NCBI GenBank assembly: GCA_965248405.1
Contig: OZ252104.1
Location: 992,738-1,056,737, forward strand
Origin: Parvibaculaceae bacterium
GTDB lineage: Bacteria > Pseudomonadota > Alphaproteobacteria > Parvibaculales > Parvibaculaceae
Direction: 5' to 3'
DNA length: 64,000 bases
In this document: one piece after another, positions 9,742-18,795 of the stretch
Numbering within the stretch: the stretch's first letter is position 1
Layout of the letters: each line of letters opens with the position of its first letter
The notes under the pieces: generated by a model
Told to the model about the DNA's origin: nothing
The model's input: the letters and a program-made list of their open reading frames with translations, nothing else
Databases searched by the model: none
Position numbers and translations under genes: made by a program

Positions 9742-10356
9742 GTGAGTGCCAAGGCTCTCAATTCACTCGTCAAAGATATTCGGAAGTGCCGGGTGTGTTA
9801 TGAAGAGGGCGGCAAAAAGCCGCTGCCTCATGAACCGCGGCCGGTGCTGCAAGTGTCTACCAAAGCGCGGGTCTGCATTGTGGGACAGGCTCCGGGCACC
9901 CGCGTCCATGCTTCAGGCGTCCCGTTTGATGATCCGAGCGGGGACAGGCTCCGCGACTGGTTGGGCATAGACCGTGACACCTTTTACGACGCAACCAAAC
10001 TAGCCATCGTGCCTATGGGTTTTTGTTTTCCAGGGCTTGATGCCAAGGGAGGCGACCTGCCACCCCGGAAGGAATGTGCGCCGCTTTGGCGGGAACAGCT
10101 TTTTAATGCCCTGCCAAACATGGAGCTCACCCTGGTGATTGGCCAGTACGCGCAGGCCTATCATCTGGGAAAAGACAGAAAGAAAAATCTGACAGAGACA
10201 GTGGAGCACTGGCGGGACTACATGCCGACGCATTTGCCCCTGCCACACCCATCCTGGCGGAACAATGTCTGGCTGAAAAAGAACCCCTGGTTTGAAACTG
10301 ATCTGCTGCCGGTCCTGCGAAAAGAAGTCAAACGGCTTCTGAAAAAGAGCGCGTGA
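9742..10356 (+). CDS. uracil-DNA glycosylase superfamily protein
   Basis: 204 aa with a GTG start and GGGAGG upstream. IVGQAPG...FDDPSGDRL and a C-terminal HPS motif are typical of UDG-family proteins. Confidence 0.75.
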   Translation: MSAKALNSLVKDIRKCRVCYEEGGKKPLPHEPRPVLQVSTKARVCIVGQAPGTRVHASGVPFDDPSGDRLRDWLGIDRDTFYDATKLAIVPMGFCFPGLDAKGGDLPPRKECAPLWREQLFNALPNMELTLVIGQYAQAYHLGKDRKKNLTETVEHWRDYMPTHLPLPHPSWRNNVWLKKNPWFETDLLPVLRKEVKRLLKKSA

Positions 10357-10359
10357 AAC

Positions 10360-11283
10360 ATGAGGCTCTGGGTCGTTGCCATTCTCCTGGTTGCTGCCTG
10401 TGCTCCTCAGACGCTCACCGTCGGAACCCCTGTGCGGCAGGCAGCGCTGGCTGCCGATGTGATTATTGCTGAAGATGCGGCGAGATTACCTTACCGGTCT
10501 TGGGAGGCGCCTGAACCGCGGGCGGTGATACTGGGTATTCATGGCTTCAACGATTATTCCCGCGCTTTTGAGATGCCGGGGCCGTGGTTTGCAGAACGGG
10601 GCATCACTTTTTATGCCTATGATCAGCGAGGGTTTGGGAAGGCCCCAGCCCACGGGAAGTGGGCCGGGTCGGACGCACTCATTGGCGATCTGAGGACCGT
10701 GATCTCGCTGTTGGCTGAGCGCCACCCTGACACACCTCTATTCCTGGTGGGCACCAGCATGGGCGGTGCGGTGACCCTCGCAGCTTTGGAAGACGGGGGG
10801 GCACAAGTTGATGGGATCATCCTGGTCGCACCCGCAGTCTGGGGCTGGTCGACACTCAACCCGCTTTATCGCAGCACGCTCTGGCTCGCCGCCCACACCG
10901 CGCCGGATTACACCTTGACCGGCGAGGGGCTGGAGCGATGGCCATCGGACAATATGGAGATGTTGCGGGCTTTCTCCCGCGATCCTTTAGTGATCAAGGA
11001 AACCCGTATCGATGCCATCTATGGGCTGGTTGATCTTATGGAGAGAGCCTATCTCTCAATAGAGACCGTCAGACCATCGACACTTCTGCTCTATGGGGAC
11101 AAGGACGAAATTGTGCCCCGTGGTCCGGTTGAGGACATCAAATCACGTTTTACGAATGACCTGACGGTGAAGGACTATCCGGACGGATGGCACATGTTGC
11201 TCCGCGATCTCCAACGAGAAAATGTCTGGAAAGATATCGCCGCGTGGACCACTGAACGCTCTTCTATCCAAGCACCTGATTGA
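10360..11283 (+). CDS. alpha/beta hydrolase (lysophospholipase/monoacylglycerol-lipase-like), probable lipoprotein
   Basis: N-terminal LLVAACAP is lipobox-like. HGFNDYS, a GTSMGG nucleophile elbow (GxSxG) and a C-terminal DGWH are present. Confidence 0.8.
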   Translation: MRLWVVAILLVAACAPQTLTVGTPVRQAALAADVIIAEDAARLPYRSWEAPEPRAVILGIHGFNDYSRAFEMPGPWFAERGITFYAYDQRGFGKAPAHGKWAGSDALIGDLRTVISLLAERHPDTPLFLVGTSMGGAVTLAALEDGGAQVDGIILVAPAVWGWSTLNPLYRSTLWLAAHTAPDYTLTGEGLERWPSDNMEMLRAFSRDPLVIKETRIDAIYGLVDLMERAYLSIETVRPSTLLLYGDKDEIVPRGPVEDIKSRFTNDLTVKDYPDGWHMLLRDLQRENVWKDIAAWTTERSSIQAPD

Positions 11284-11366
11284 TTTTCGTCAATTGATGC
11301 CGCGGCAGGCTAACCTAAAATCCTCCTATCAAGGGCTCGGGGCATAAGAGCAACAGGAGGTACATC

Positions 11367-11903
11367 ATGGCCCGCAAATCAAAGACACAAACAAAGAAGG
11401 AAGACAAGGCACCCGTTCCGGCACCGCGGTCGTTCGGATCACTTGACTGGAACGAACCCTTTCATGGCTTCAGGTCGGAAATGGATTCACTCTTCGACCG
11501 GTTTTTCGGACGCTCGCCATTGGGGCTACGGAACTCTCCGCTGCCACAATCCGGCATCTTTGAGGGTGGCGCGCTCTCACCCAATATCGATATCCGCGAA
11601 AATGACAAGACCATTACGCTGGAGGCAGAGCTTCCGGGCATGGATGAGAAGGACATTGAGCTAACCGTGGACGATGGCGTGCTGACGCTCAGAGGCGAAA
11701 AACGCTACGAGCACGAGGAAAAAGAAAAAGACAAAGCGGTTCGTATCGAACGTCAATATGGATCGTTTCAACGCAGCTTCACCTTGCCGTCCTATGTGGA
11801 TGACGAGAAGGTATCCGCGAAGTTTGAAAAGGGTGTTCTTACAATTGAGCTGCCGAAAAGAGCAGACGCACCTGCCAAGGGGCGTTCAATCCCCATTGGC
11901 TAA
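11367..11903 (+). CDS. Hsp20/alpha-crystallin small heat-shock protein
   Basis: 178 aa. Alpha-crystallin core ITLEAELPGMDEKDIELTVDDGVLTLRGEK...GSFQRSFTLP...GVLTIELPK. AGGAGG RBS. Confidence 0.9.
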   Translation: MARKSKTQTKKEDKAPVPAPRSFGSLDWNEPFHGFRSEMDSLFDRFFGRSPLGLRNSPLPQSGIFEGGALSPNIDIRENDKTITLEAELPGMDEKDIELTVDDGVLTLRGEKRYEHEEKEKDKAVRIERQYGSFQRSFTLPSYVDDEKVSAKFEKGVLTIELPKRADAPAKGRSIPIG

Positions 11904-11907
11904 CCCT

Positions 11908-14349
11908 CTATTGTGTATCGGTCATCTCTCCGGCAAGCAGCCTGTCTGTTCTGTCGGAGAGATTTTGTAACAGGTCGGCACTCTTCGTCAGGTGCTCCGC
12001 TTCGCTTTTGAGAATGGCGCGGAAGAGCTTGCTCTTGACGGCCTCTTCATTGATCGAGACATCTTGTAAGGACGACGACGCGGCATCGACCACAAAATCG
12101 ACCAGGCGCTCTGCCGCATGAAGCCGCCCCCACACATAGTCATGTTCGCGGGCTTCCCGGCTGAAAAAGGCACCGAAATGTCCAAGCTCGCGCCCTCTGA
12201 GCGCGGTATGCGTTTCTGCTGTCTCGAGCGCCGTGCAGTCTTGCGGGCTGATGCGCGCAACCAACACTGTGTCCACATCATCGAGCGGTTGCCACCGAAG
12301 GAGAGGAAAGGTCAAAACATCAAAGAACGGGAAGCTGAGATAGGCGAGGATCAGCTCTTGGCGGGCCTCCTTGGGGAGGAAGTTTACAACCATCATGGAG
12401 AACTCATCGTCCAGAAGCGTATCTACCTCCACGAGGGACAGCGCGTTCCGCATCTCCACCAGGATCGGGTTAATCTCCTCCGGTGTCGCTTTGCCACCCG
12501 TATTGGCAAGCAGCTTTCCTGCTTTCTCGTGAATATCTGATTTGAAGAAGGAACAGGCATCCCGCCGTTGCAGACGTTCCAGGGCTCTGTAGAGCACACG
12601 CTTGAACTCATCCAGTCCGTGGCTGTCGAGCGGTGTGTCGGATTGGTCAGATGCCTCGTAAAGTTCATTCAAACGACGGATGACAAATCTGAGCCGGCGT
12701 TGCCGAAAGCCCACGTCAAAGCGTCTCAGGAAAATCACCCACCGCAGAGCGCTTGGCGAAAACTCATCGGTTCGATCACCCGTCGCGAATTCAACTGGGA
12801 AAATGCCTTCGGACCGTGCCCATTCTTCCACTGATCGGGTAAGAGCATGACGCGCGCTTGGCTGGGCGACCTGAGGCGCAAGGTCCCCCAACATATTGGC
12901 GACCCAACTGAGAACTGATAGAACCTTGGTCTGGACATATCCATCATAGGCATATCCGGCGTTTCGGGCGGCGTGGCTGTTGGCCGTCTCGCGCAATTGC
13001 GCCAACTGATACGGGGTTGGGTGAAGAGGTACACCCTCCGGCAGAAGGCCGGTGACGGTTTGCTGAATATGCGGACGGGTTGCTTTCAGAACTTCCTGGT
13101 AGAGATGAACCTGCTGGCTGATCTCATTGATCTCTGCCAGCTCATCGCGCACAGGTTCGTTCCGCGGGATGTCTGACAGTGAGGCCCGCAGCGTTTGGAA
13201 AAAGCCGGGCAACGCCCCACCGCGTTCAATCTCGCCACTTTCCGGATCCGGGTCGATATAGATCACCCGCCGGTCTACTTCGCGAAATGCGGGCCGGTCC
13301 GCCAGAACAGAGACAGCCTCGGCGAAGGGTTTGTTATTGAGGACGCTACCATCGATGAAAGAGCTGATGAGCGGGTTGTGTCCGAAATCGATCATCGACT
13401 TGAACTTCCGCGCGATGAAGCGATCCCGTGTTGTCCAGTCATCACCCCGCTGCGTCAATACCCGATCGATTTCATTGATCTGAACGGGGGGAAAGGCACC
13501 GGGAAAGGACGACGTGGCGCGGGCCGCAAAGACAAGTCCAGGGATGTGGGCCGTGTCAAACTCACTCTGTACGTCACCGTCTGAATGTTGCAGATAGTCG
13601 AAGCGCAGAATGTGCCGGTGCTCCTGTTCCGACACAATGGGCGGATCGTGCAGCGGGATCGTTTGTTCATACCCGTAGAAGTCGGTCACACTCACAAAGA
13701 GATTGAGCTCTTGACCCACGGGAAGAAGACTTGCCCGGCGGGATTGCGGATCCCCCATGGCATGGCAGGCGTCCAGCAGCATGTCGGTCATGAGTTGCCC
13801 GGAGAAGGGGGGCTCAAACCATCTCGACCGCATGAAGGTTGAGAGCTTCTCGCGCATTTCCGTCTCTGGCGCGATCTTCTTTAGCCAGCGGTCATTGATG
13901 TCCCAGAAAAGTGGTCGAAGGAATGCCTTGCTCCACTTGCCGGCAATTGTGTCCGGGTCCATCAAGGCCGTGATGTCGGCTTTTTCAAGCCACATCTGAC
14001 GGTGAGCATCGAGCGGCAGATCATGAGCGAGGGCACGAGCCAGCATCACACCATTAATGCCGCCCGCAGACGCACCGGCAATCACATCGACAAAAACCCG
14101 AAGATCGAGCTCCTGTCCGATTTCCTTCAGGAGATCGAAATAGACGCTTTCTGTATCTGTCTCGCGCCGTGGGTCATCATTGAGACTGACGTAAGTCTGA
14201 TCCGCACGGATTGTGGGGTCATCTGTCTGGTGGTAAAGCGCCGAGGCACGAATGAGTTTCTGGAACTCTTTCGTAACGCCATGCATATAGACGGCGAGCG
14301 AAACACCGCCATAGCAGACGAGAGCCAGTCTGAGTTCTTTTTCCTTCAT
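11908..14349 (-). CDS. large patatin-like phospholipase family protein
   Basis: 813 aa. N-terminal LALVCYGGVSLAVYMHG is an oxyanion-hole-like GG. GASAG matches the GxSxG nucleophile and FIDGSVLNNKPF carries the catalytic Asp (DGS). A long C-terminal extension resembles the DUF3376-type long patatin family; this is from memory and unverified. Confidence 0.85.
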   Translation of the reverse strand: MKEKELRLALVCYGGVSLAVYMHGVTKEFQKLIRASALYHQTDDPTIRADQTYVSLNDDPRRETDTESVYFDLLKEIGQELDLRVFVDVIAGASAGGINGVMLARALAHDLPLDAHRQMWLEKADITALMDPDTIAGKWSKAFLRPLFWDINDRWLKKIAPETEMREKLSTFMRSRWFEPPFSGQLMTDMLLDACHAMGDPQSRRASLLPVGQELNLFVSVTDFYGYEQTIPLHDPPIVSEQEHRHILRFDYLQHSDGDVQSEFDTAHIPGLVFAARATSSFPGAFPPVQINEIDRVLTQRGDDWTTRDRFIARKFKSMIDFGHNPLISSFIDGSVLNNKPFAEAVSVLADRPAFREVDRRVIYIDPDPESGEIERGGALPGFFQTLRASLSDIPRNEPVRDELAEINEISQQVHLYQEVLKATRPHIQQTVTGLLPEGVPLHPTPYQLAQLRETANSHAARNAGYAYDGYVQTKVLSVLSWVANMLGDLAPQVAQPSARHALTRSVEEWARSEGIFPVEFATGDRTDEFSPSALRWVIFLRRFDVGFRQRRLRFVIRRLNELYEASDQSDTPLDSHGLDEFKRVLYRALERLQRRDACSFFKSDIHEKAGKLLANTGGKATPEEINPILVEMRNALSLVEVDTLLDDEFSMMVVNFLPKEARQELILAYLSFPFFDVLTFPLLRWQPLDDVDTVLVARISPQDCTALETAETHTALRGRELGHFGAFFSREAREHDYVWGRLHAAERLVDFVVDAASSSLQDVSINEEAVKSKLFRAILKSEAEHLTKSADLLQNLSDRTDRLLAGEMTDTQ

Positions 14350-14471
14350 GACTCTTTATCGGTCCAGACTCATAGAAATATCTTTGAGACTAGCTCTTTT
14401 TCGCAGCAAACGCACTTGGCACCGTTGCGCGCTGTCAAAATCGGGAACTACTCAAACGATTTGGGACAGGG

Positions 14472-15053
14472 CTAGGCCAATGCGTGCAACATCCCGTCGA
14501 AGACCTCGAGATATCTTTTAGAGGCTTCTTCAAAGTCTTTCTGAGTCGCACAATCTATAGCTGCGGCTTGAATGCCCCCCAATAGGATTCTTGATAAGGG
14601 CTCCAGTGGTTGCTGTCTTATCGCACCCGCATCCATCGCTTCCTTAAGCGCATGTGTGACCAGACCGCCAAAGTGCCGGGCATCCAATCTCTGCCAGTTG
14701 GCATGCCCCAACACTACTGGTCCGTCCAACAGCATGATCCGCGATACCTGCGCTGGAGCACACAAGTCGAAAAATCGCTTCATGGAATGCATGAGTGTTT
14801 CAAGTGTTTCGCCGCCGGGTTCAATGTCGCTGACCATTGCGGCAACAACCTCTGACGAGACCTGATCAAATACAGCTTCAAAAATCTCATTCTTATTTTT
14901 GAAGTGGTGGTAGACGGCGCCCTTTGCCACGCCTGCTTCTGCCGCTATGTCGTCAATTTTTGTCGCGTCAAACCCAGGGTCTCCAAAGCGCTTCTGGGCC
15001 GCTTTGATAATGGCGGCGCGGGTGGCAACGCGTCTTTCTTGCTGAGTAGCCAA
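14472..15053 (-). CDS. TetR/AcrR-family transcriptional regulator
   Basis: Helix-turn-helix (HTH) motif ...KIDDIAAEAGVAKGAVYHHFKNK. The start is set to the TTG at 15053, with GGGAGG 6 nt upstream. From there the N-terminus (M)ATQQERRVATRA aligns with MATQPERRAATRA of the paralogue at 38700-39287. The longer ORF would run through the operator palindromes. Confidence 0.85.
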   Translation of the reverse strand: MATQQERRVATRAAIIKAAQKRFGDPGFDATKIDDIAAEAGVAKGAVYHHFKNKNEIFEAVFDQVSSEVVAAMVSDIEPGGETLETLMHSMKRFFDLCAPAQVSRIMLLDGPVVLGHANWQRLDARHFGGLVTHALKEAMDAGAIRQQPLEPLSRILLGGIQAAAIDCATQKDFEEASKRYLEVFDGMLHALA

Positions 15054-15071
15054 ATAGCACCTCCCTTGACA

Positions 15072-15120
15072 AACCGACCCGGGGTCGGTTACATAACTAA
15101 ATACCGACCCTGAGTCGGTA
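15072..15120. promoter_or_regulatory. two tandem palindromic operator candidates (ACCGAC-N5-GTCGGT)
   Basis: AACCGACccgggGTCGGTT at 15072-15090 and TACCGACcctgaGTCGGTA at 15102-15120. An extra GTCGGTT half-site lies near 15135-15141. All sit in the divergent TetR/NTF2-like intergenic region. Confidence 0.6.
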
Positions 15121-15169
15121 ATATTCAGACTTTCAGTCGGTTCTAGTTCTATCAAAAGGAAACTTCAAG

Positions 15170-15613
15170 ATGACCGTAACGACCCTGTCCAGAGCCCCCC
15201 AGTCAGATAGCAACCTGACGGATCAATGCCGACAAACTGCAGCGCAACTTGTGGAAGCATTTGCGGTTCAAGACATTGACAAAATCATGAGCCTTTTTGC
15301 CGACGCGTCTACTTACTGCGATGTCGCTGGAGAAGGGCCACGTGGAGACGAATATGTCGGTAAAGCAGAAATCCGAAAGGCATTTCTCGAAGGGTTTGCG
15401 CAGCTTGGTGAGCACACCTACGAGGCCTTGTCAGTCGTCGCCGAAGGGACAACTGCGTTCGCAAGTTGGGTGCTGATCCTTGGCAAAGCAGACGATCCTT
15501 CCGCGCTACGGTTCGACGGCGCCGACCATTTCGAAATGAACGAAGACGCTCTGGTTGTTCTGAAAAAGGGGTGGGTCAAAGGACAGTCTCAGCTTTTGGC
15601 TCAAGCCTCTTGA
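15170..15613 (+). CDS. SnoaL-like/NTF2-fold protein
   Basis: 147 aa. Its size, AAGGAAA RBS and divergent position from a TetR gene fit the call. The alpha+beta cone-like sequence pattern has no specific motif, so the call is fold-level only. Confidence 0.6.
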   Translation: MTVTTLSRAPQSDSNLTDQCRQTAAQLVEAFAVQDIDKIMSLFADASTYCDVAGEGPRGDEYVGKAEIRKAFLEGFAQLGEHTYEALSVVAEGTTAFASWVLILGKADDPSALRFDGADHFEMNEDALVVLKKGWVKGQSQLLAQAS

Positions 15614-15693
15614 TCGTCATTTGATGAACGGTTGAAGACGTCTCGCGCAGGAATTCTGAGCGCGAGGCGCATTTGGGAAAAGGAAGAAATCAA

Positions 15694-16125
15694 ATGACAC
15701 TTACAATCTCCCCCACGGGATTTGAACTTATCTTCTCTGGCGCTCTGCTGTTCTTGGTCGGGCTGGTCCAGGGGGTGGCGATCCCGAAATTCAAAAACTC
15801 CCGCATGGCCCTATCAGCACATTTGTCTGCGGTTCAGTCGGGCATGGCATTGATGATATTTGGCGTCATATGGAGCCTGGTGGCGTTGCCTGTGTCATGG
15901 CACACACCCGTCAAGCTGGCCCTCATATTGAGTGTTTATTTGATCTGGTTCGGTATTACCGTTTCAGCAATTACCGGCGCAAGCAAAGCACTGCCGATAG
16001 CTGGTGAAGGCTATACGGGCAGTAAAGCGAGCGAACTACTCGTGACGGCAATTGAAGGTGCCGGCGTCTTCCTATCCCTTACATCTGGCACAGCGATTAT
16101 TGTCGGTCTGGCCTTGGCGCTTTAG
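15694..16125 (+). CDS. small integral membrane protein (about 4 TM), unknown function
   Basis: 143 aa from the ATG at 15694, preceded by AAGGAAG. Four hydrophobic stretches. I recognise no family. Confidence 0.5.
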   Translation: MTLTISPTGFELIFSGALLFLVGLVQGVAIPKFKNSRMALSAHLSAVQSGMALMIFGVIWSLVALPVSWHTPVKLALILSVYLIWFGITVSAITGASKALPIAGEGYTGSKASELLVTAIEGAGVFLSLTSGTAIIVGLALAL

Positions 16126-16198
16126 TTCTGATGTTTGAGGTGCTAGGCCGTCGATAAAGTGAGCGCAGATATTAATCGAAGGAAGAGTTTGCAGGAGC

Positions 16199-16612
16199 CT
16201 AGGATCCCATCGGGACCAATCGGACCGTTGACATGCCCTTCGCAATCACCGTGCCGTCAGGTGTGGTCAAGCATCCTTCAACAAACGCCGTCTTTTTTCC
16301 GAGGCGTTCAATCCAGGCCTCGGCATGAACCAGGCCGGGATGAGCTGCGGCGTAAAAGGCAATCTTGATGTCGAGGGATAGGGGGAGAAGCTTACCCTCT
16401 GTCTTGATAATGAGGGCGCGGGCCATGGCTGCGTCGATCCAGCCGGTCACAAACCCGCCCTGAACAATATTGCCCGAATGGCATTGTGCGGGTCTGGCTT
16501 CAAATTCCAGAACGGCACGTCCTTCCTCTGCATCCATGGAGACGGTGCGGACGAGCCCCATGGTTTCCATCAATGTGTTCTTGTCCATATCGTGCGTTTG
16601 CGTGTCAGCCAT
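16199..16612 (-). CDS. PaaI-family hotdog-fold thioesterase
   Basis: 137 aa. HSGNIVQGGFVTGWIDAAMA matches the PaaI-type motif region. Confidence 0.8.
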   Translation of the reverse strand: MADTQTHDMDKNTLMETMGLVRTVSMDAEEGRAVLEFEARPAQCHSGNIVQGGFVTGWIDAAMARALIIKTEGKLLPLSLDIKIAFYAAAHPGLVHAEAWIERLGKKTAFVEGCLTTPDGTVIAKGMSTVRLVPMGS

Positions 16613-16749
16613 CTGGTCCCCGGAATTACGAGTTACATGAATTTCGATGGCCGCAAGAATGCAGATGTGGGCCCCTGGCGCAACCGTGATTGGCGCGCGT
16701 CGTCAAAATAGTCAGAATACCCTCGCAACAAAGAAAAGAGGTTGGTCGG

Positions 16750-17939
16750 ATGGCGGGCGCTTTAGACGGGGTGAGGATCGTCGACCTCACAACAATGATT
16801 TCAGGTCCCATTGCAACCATGATGCTGGCGGATCAGGGCGCCGACGTGATCAAGGTCGAACCCAAGACAGGCGATCTTGTCCGCGTACTGGGGCCTGCGA
16901 AGGGAGACCGCACGGGGACATTCCTCGCTGCCAATCGAAACAAGCGCTCCATCGTGTTGGATCTCAAGAGTGAAGAGGGGCTTCGCGCTTTAAAGAAGCT
17001 CGTCGCCACAGCAGATGTGGTCGTTCAAAACTTCAGGCCGGGCGCGGCAGAACGTATGGGCATAGGGGAGGGTGAGCTCCGCAAGGAACAGCCCAACCTG
17101 ATCTATGTCTCCATCTCTGGATTTGGGGAGACGGGCCCCTACGCCAAAAAAAGAGTCTATGATCCGGTAATCCAGGCATTGTCCGGACTGGCGGCCATTC
17201 AGGCGGATCGGGATACAGGCCGCCCGCGTATGATCCGCACGATCATTCCCGACAAGCTAACTGCAGTGACAGCGGCGCAGGCAATCACGGCGGCTCTCTT
17301 CGCACGGGAGCGGACAGGTGAAGGCCAGCACATAAAGCTATCTATGCTGGATGCGATGTTTCGTTCTTGTGGGCCGAGGGACTGGTTGCACTCACTTTTC
17401 CCGGTGGTGAAAAACATGCGGCGCGTGCGCAACTCTCCCAGGACCTGATCTACAAAACACAGGATGGGTACATCACCGTGGGTGCGGTCTCCGATGATGA
17501 GTGGAAAGGGCTTTGCACCGCCCTTGAGCAGCCACAATGGTTAGAGGATGAGCGTTTTAACACGCCAAGTGGCCGGGTCGTGAATGCACCGGCGCGCCTG
17601 TCGCTGACACAGGAAGTCCTGCAGAAAAAACCCAGCGCCGAATGGCTAAAGGTCCTCGATGCCAATCAGGTGCCCTGCGCGCCGATCCTCGATCGAACAA
17701 CGTTGCTTGACCATCCGCAGATTGAAGCAAACGAAATTATCAGAACCCATGAAGAGGAAGATTTAGGGGCCTTCCGCCTGCCGCGTCCGGCAGCTCGATT
17801 TAGCGGAACACAGGCGGAGGTGAGACGGCAGGCACCCCATCTCGGTGAACACACGGAACAATTGCTCTCAGAGTTGGGGTATGACGACGCAAGTGTGGCT
17901 GAATTCCTCAAAGCTGCGGGCCTTGCTGGTCATGGTTAA
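16750..17939 (+). pseudogene. family III (CaiB/BaiF) CoA-transferase interrupted by a 1-nt frameshift
   Basis: The N-terminal part (16750-17448 frame) reads LDGVRIVDLTTMISGPIATMMLADQGADVIKVE. The C-terminal part (17367-17939 frame) reads SFLWAEGLV...GYITVGAVSDDEWKGLC...VPCAPI. The frames join if one T is added to the TTT run at 17359-17361, giving ...LSMLDAMFSFLWAEG. This is either a real pseudogene or a homopolymer sequencing error. Confidence 0.75.
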
Positions 17940-18024
17940 CCATAAGTTACGATTTTCAGCGAGCCTCCTCGTCGCGTGGTAAAATCAGCCTTCGGGGAAC
18001 GGACCCAATTAATCAGGGTCTGAG

Positions 18025-18762
18025 TTGAGTTTGGGGGCTGGCGAAGTGTTTCCAGCAGTGCTGAGTCGAATCTTTCTGATTTTTTTGGCGGTCATGGTTC
18101 TGGCCGCCTTCCTGCTCCAGTGGGAGCAGCAGCTGCGGCTAAAATTTCTTGGTATTGCAGTAGATGCAGACACCTTGTCATTCGAAATCGCGAACTATGG
18201 GGACTCCTATGTAGGCAAGACCGACTATGTCGGGAGCATTGCCTTTTTGTCGCCGGACCAGAAGTCCGTATCCCTGTTCAAGGGGGCGATTGATCTTATC
18301 CCACCATCGCGCTCTGTCACTGCCTCGCTGAGCTTTGATGCGCCCATTGTCCCGCCGACCATGGCGCCAACCGAAACATCCGTGACACAGCTCTGCCTCT
18401 ACACGCGCGGACGGCTCTATTTCGATACCCACTTTCACAAGGTCTATTTTCGCCACCGCACCAGCGAGGCAATAAGGCGCGCTTCCGAGCAATTGCCGGA
18501 CCTTGAGATCGCAGAATATAAGCACGTCATCTTCGGCAGGCCGCCTTGCACCTTCGTCGGCTCCGGAAACTACTTCACCTACGAGATCAACGCGGCAAAC
18601 ATTGAGTGCAAGTCGATCGGCGAGGTGAACGAAACCGTCTGTCACACGGAGGGCGTCGTTAAATCGACCCTGGAAGGTATTTTTGACCCGGTTCAGACAT
18701 CGGTAGATTTCAGCTTCCCGGACCGCCGGCAGGTTCGTCCCCAGTCCCTGCTCAGAAACTAG
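18025..18762 (+). CDS. hypothetical protein with an N-terminal transmembrane anchor
   Basis: Third-codon positions are GC-rich, which supports this frame. One N-terminal TM (IFLIFLAVMVLAAFLL) is followed by a soluble domain. The competing minus-strand ORF 18178-18777 is Arg-rich shadow. Start codon uncertain (TTG at 18025). Confidence 0.45.
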   Translation: MSLGAGEVFPAVLSRIFLIFLAVMVLAAFLLQWEQQLRLKFLGIAVDADTLSFEIANYGDSYVGKTDYVGSIAFLSPDQKSVSLFKGAIDLIPPSRSVTASLSFDAPIVPPTMAPTETSVTQLCLYTRGRLYFDTHFHKVYFRHRTSEAIRRASEQLPDLEIAEYKHVIFGRPPCTFVGSGNYFTYEINAANIECKSIGEVNETVCHTEGVVKSTLEGIFDPVQTSVDFSFPDRRQVRPQSLLRN

Positions 18763-18795
18763 GCCTGTTAAGCGCATTCGGGATTTGCGGTTGTC

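Noticed and set aside
15639-15668. Hairpin CTCGCGC-(11 nt)-GCGCGAG after the SnoaL-like gene, considered as a terminator.
   Set aside because: It has no following T tract. The next gene starts 26 nt downstream on the same strand, so read-through or co-transcription is equally likely.
18178-18777. 199-aa minus-strand ORF competing with the hypothetical gene 18025-18762.
   Set aside because: Its translation is Arg-rich and low in complexity. The plus frame has the GC3 bias of real genes here, and also a clean TM anchor.
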